64,000 nt of DNA from Cyanobacteria bacterium P01_A01_bin.123 (GTDB lineage Bacteria; Cyanobacteriota; Cyanobacteriia; Phormidesmidales; Phormidesmidaceae). Made by a program: the position numbers and the translations under genes. Positions 61,153-64,000 of this stretch are shown here, in pieces (the stretch's first letter is position 1; every line of letters begins with the position of its first letter). A model generated the notes under the pieces. It saw nothing but the letters and a program-made list of their open reading frames with translations. It was not told where the DNA came from and did no database searches. The stretch covers positions 160,001 through 224,000 of the forward strand of contig JBCBZT010000005.1 in assembly GCA_039815185.1 (NCBI GenBank). Reading direction: 5' to 3'.

Positions 61153-63249
61153 ATGTTGCTAAAGAAATTCTCAGCACGACATCGCTCTGCTTCCCCAAAA
61201 CGCTTTGAATTGCTCCGTAACTTTTCAATCGTTAGCTTGAGTGCATTCATCCTGGCAACGGGGCTGCTGTCGTTGTTGTATCGTCAACGGGCAGTGCGTG
61301 ACCTCGCAACCCTGACAGAAAGGAATAACGATATCCTGGCACAGGTGCTGTCCAACAAACTCTGGCCGCAATATGGGCCGTTTCTGTCCAGAACCCAAGC
61401 ACTCAGTGATGAAGACTTAGCAGCGCACCCCAGGAGCCAGCAGCTTTATGAAGATGTGATTACTCAGCTAGAAGGGTCACCCGTTGCTAAGGTTAAAATC
61501 TTTGACTTGCAGGGACGTACTATCTTTTCAACGGATGTTTCACAACTGGGCGATGACAAAAGTCAATCAACAGGCTTTTTAGTAGCTAGGTCTGGTCAAA
61601 TCGTCAGCCAACTAGGACACCGCGACACGTTCAAAGCCTTGCAGAGCACACTAGAAGATCATCACCTACTCTCTAGCTATATTCCGATTCGCACCAATGG
61701 GTCAGGTGATGTTGTCGGTGTGTTTGAACTCTACACTGATGTCACCCCCTCACTGGAGCTGATCAATCGATCTCAGCGAGAAACGATCCTGATTAGTTTG
61801 CTGATCCTGGCATTGCTTTATAGCATCCTCTTCCTCTTTGTTCGCAGAGCAGAGAATTTGCTAAAGCAACAATACCAACAACTGGAAGATTCTGAAGGTC
61901 GCTACCGACAGCAAGCTCGTGAATTAGAGCAAACTTTGGATAAATTACAGCAAACCCAAATGCAAATGCTCCAAAGTGAGAAAATGTCGAGCTTAGGACA
62001 ACTGGTGGCCGGGATTGCCCATGAAGTTAACAACCCAGTCAACTTCATTCGCGGCAACTTATTCCACGTTCAAGAATATACTCAAAACCTATTGAAGTTG
62101 CTGCAACTGTATCAGCAACGTTACCCGAATCCAACTGCTGAAATCCAAGCCGAAACTGAAGCAATCGAGTTGGGCTATATTCGCGAAGATTTACCCAAAA
62201 CCTTATCTTCAATGGAAATGGGTAGCAATCGTATCCGCGAGATCGTACAGTCTCTCCGTAATTTCTCTCGCCTGGATGAAGCGAAGGTCAAGGCGGTCGA
62301 TATCCACGAAGGGCTTGAGAGCACCCTTATCATCTTGAATCATCGTCTCAAAGCTCAGTCAGACCGAGCAGAGATTCAGGTAATCAGAGACTATGCTAAT
62401 CTCCCAAAGATTGAATGCTATCCAGGGCTGCTGAACCAAGTATTTATGAATGTCATTGCCAATGGCGTCGATGCCTTGGAAGAAGCAATGAAGACGCAAA
62501 CACACCAGAATGGTCGAGATAATCCCAGTCAGATTACGCTGCGAACCTCGTTAACAAACGATCAATGGTTGCAGGTTGTGATTTCTGATAATGGCCCCGG
62601 TATCCCGTCAGAAACCCAACAACGCATTTTTGATCCCTTCTTCACGACTAAGCCCGTTGGCAAAGGAACAGGCATGGGGATGGCTATCAGCTATCAGATT
62701 GTGACCGAAAAACATGGGGGTAAGTTGGAGTGTTTTTCTACCTTAGGTATGGGGACAGAATTCGTCATTCAAATTCCGGTTCGACAGATGATGAGTAGCT
62801 CAAGCTCGTCAGTCAATCACAGTAGCCACCATGATGCTGTGCAAAGTACTGAATGTTTAGAAGCGCAGACACGATTTGTTCCAAGGGATAATGGTGTGGA
62901 TATACTCCCAATTTCGAACTTATCTAATGAAGGGTTGATTGAAGTTTGTATGGCGGCTGAAGTCATTGCCTGTGAATGCCCAGGGTACTTAGCTCGGCTC
63001 TTGAAGCAGGTGCGTGCGTTTCGTGATTATACGACTTCCTGTATTGAAAAATTCCCAGAGGACAAAGAGACGCATCTTTGGCTTGCTGAACAGGCAAAGA
63101 AAGCGGAAGATACCATCTATCAGACAATGATTGAGCTGATGAGGAAGGAGAATCTAATTGATGAATCCTCGGATAGCATTCTCCTTGATAAAATTTCGGA
63201 AAGAGCCCGGAGAATTATTGCACAGCAGTTGGGTAACGAGAAACTATGA
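61153..63249 (+). CDS. Sensor histidine kinase with extra C-terminal CECP domain
   Basis: 2 TMs, AHEVNNP, NQVFMN, DNGPGI, FFTTK, GTGMG. Confidence 0.92.
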   Translation: MLLKKFSARHRSASPKRFELLRNFSIVSLSAFILATGLLSLLYRQRAVRDLATLTERNNDILAQVLSNKLWPQYGPFLSRTQALSDEDLAAHPRSQQLYEDVITQLEGSPVAKVKIFDLQGRTIFSTDVSQLGDDKSQSTGFLVARSGQIVSQLGHRDTFKALQSTLEDHHLLSSYIPIRTNGSGDVVGVFELYTDVTPSLELINRSQRETILISLLILALLYSILFLFVRRAENLLKQQYQQLEDSEGRYRQQARELEQTLDKLQQTQMQMLQSEKMSSLGQLVAGIAHEVNNPVNFIRGNLFHVQEYTQNLLKLLQLYQQRYPNPTAEIQAETEAIELGYIREDLPKTLSSMEMGSNRIREIVQSLRNFSRLDEAKVKAVDIHEGLESTLIILNHRLKAQSDRAEIQVIRDYANLPKIECYPGLLNQVFMNVIANGVDALEEAMKTQTHQNGRDNPSQITLRTSLTNDQWLQVVISDNGPGIPSETQQRIFDPFFTTKPVGKGTGMGMAISYQIVTEKHGGKLECFSTLGMGTEFVIQIPVRQMMSSSSSSVNHSSHHDAVQSTECLEAQTRFVPRDNGVDILPISNLSNEGLIEVCMAAEVIACECPGYLARLLKQVRAFRDYTTSCIEKFPEDKETHLWLAEQAKKAEDTIYQTMIELMRKENLIDESSDSILLDKISERARRIIAQQLGNEKL

Positions 63250-63570
63250 CGAAACCGTAAATTTCTGTTCAAATGCCCCCGCTAGTCCTTAGATATACAA
63301 AGATCAATTGTTTCAACGTGCATTTTTAGAAAACATCAGGCTATAGCCTGATTGCCTGTGTGTTGCGCATCCCAGCGATACTAGGTGCATTAAGCAATCT
63401 GGCCATCGCTATATGTAGCAGAGTGCGTGACAGTTGGCGGTTTTGGTCTGTTAGGCTCGCCGATCGTCCTGGCATAGATAGCCCGATAGGTTGCCTTATC
63501 AATCCAACCGCTGCTGATAGGGTGTGTTTCTGGTTGGGGGTAGCGTTACCCTCAAGTACAGCATAAATAA

Positions 63571-63616
63571 AGGCGGCACCCAGATTCGAACTGGGGATAA
63601 AGGATTTGCAATCCTC
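63571..63616 (-). other. att-like 3' fragment of tRNA-Cys(GCA)
   Basis: GAGGATTGCAAATCCTTTATCCCCAGTTCGAATCTGGGTGCCGCCT; 5' acceptor strand and D-arm absent. Confidence 0.8.
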
Positions 63617-64000
63617 ATTGCCAGAACCTGAAAGCCTTGCTGATAGGGCTCTTCAAGCTTAATAAAAAAAATCCTGCCTTAAATATGGCCTTATTAATCG
63701 TAGTTTTCAGATCTCTGGGAGCAGAGGATTTTCAGTCCCCAATCAGCAAATGAATCAATCGGATTGAGCGGGGTTGAGGCATCTCATCTTTACCTGTAAC
63801 CGGCTGTCAAAGGGCAAAATGCCCACAATCATACGAACAGAGGATTGCCACAAAAGTGGGGGATGCGAGAGCCTAGTGAATCTAGGGATGACTCAACCAT
63901 TGCTCGTCATCGCCAAGATTTGAAACTGCTGGGTCATGCGGATGTTCGCGTGACCCAACTGTCTTTTGAGGAGCTTAGTCGCAGGAACCCACTCGCAGGC

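Noticed and set aside
63571..63650. Functional tRNA-Cys
   Set aside because: The 5' portion is missing
1..64000. Diversity-generating retroelement, retron or CRISPR-Cas
   Set aside because: No reverse transcriptase, cas gene or repeat-spacer array seen
1..64000. Frequent GCGATCGC
   Set aside because: Ordinary cyanobacterial HIP1; used only as a taxonomic clue

Overview
Cyanobacterial chromosomal DNA, judged from frequent HIP1 GCGATCGC sites and cyanobacterial-type housekeeping genes. Positions 1-41381 are the right part of a prophage integrated at tRNA-His; the 3' tRNA fragment (attR) lies at 41339-41381 beside the integrase. The prophage has a head/packaging module: MuF fused to an ADP-ribosyltransferase-like domain (missed by the ORF track), an inverted intact portal plus a truncated portal paralog, and a PBSX terminase. 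It also encodes a SigF-like sigma factor with a matching motif (TAGGAACCCTC-like) 22-29 nt upstream of late genes, a second tyrosine recombinase, a plasmid-type CyRepA1-like replication protein and two methyltransferases, one with an overlapping second subunit. The most notable part is a membrane-anchored FtsK/TraB-like ATPase operon ending in a dense CATCTGG repeat array, reminiscent of Streptomyces TraB/clt dsDNA transfer. Cargo genes include two DUF4157-family effector-like proteins, a sulfotransferase, a pentapeptide protein and an orphan double-glycine peptide. 41.4-44.9 kb is a small island with an REase-ParA fusion plus a ParB-like gene. 44.9-63.3 kb is mostly host genes (MIF, proA, GTPase, amidase, TetR/MarR, lysC, histidine kinase). 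A tRNA-Cys 3' fragment at 63571-63616 probably marks the edge of another element. All calls are from reading motifs by eye; no database searches were run.
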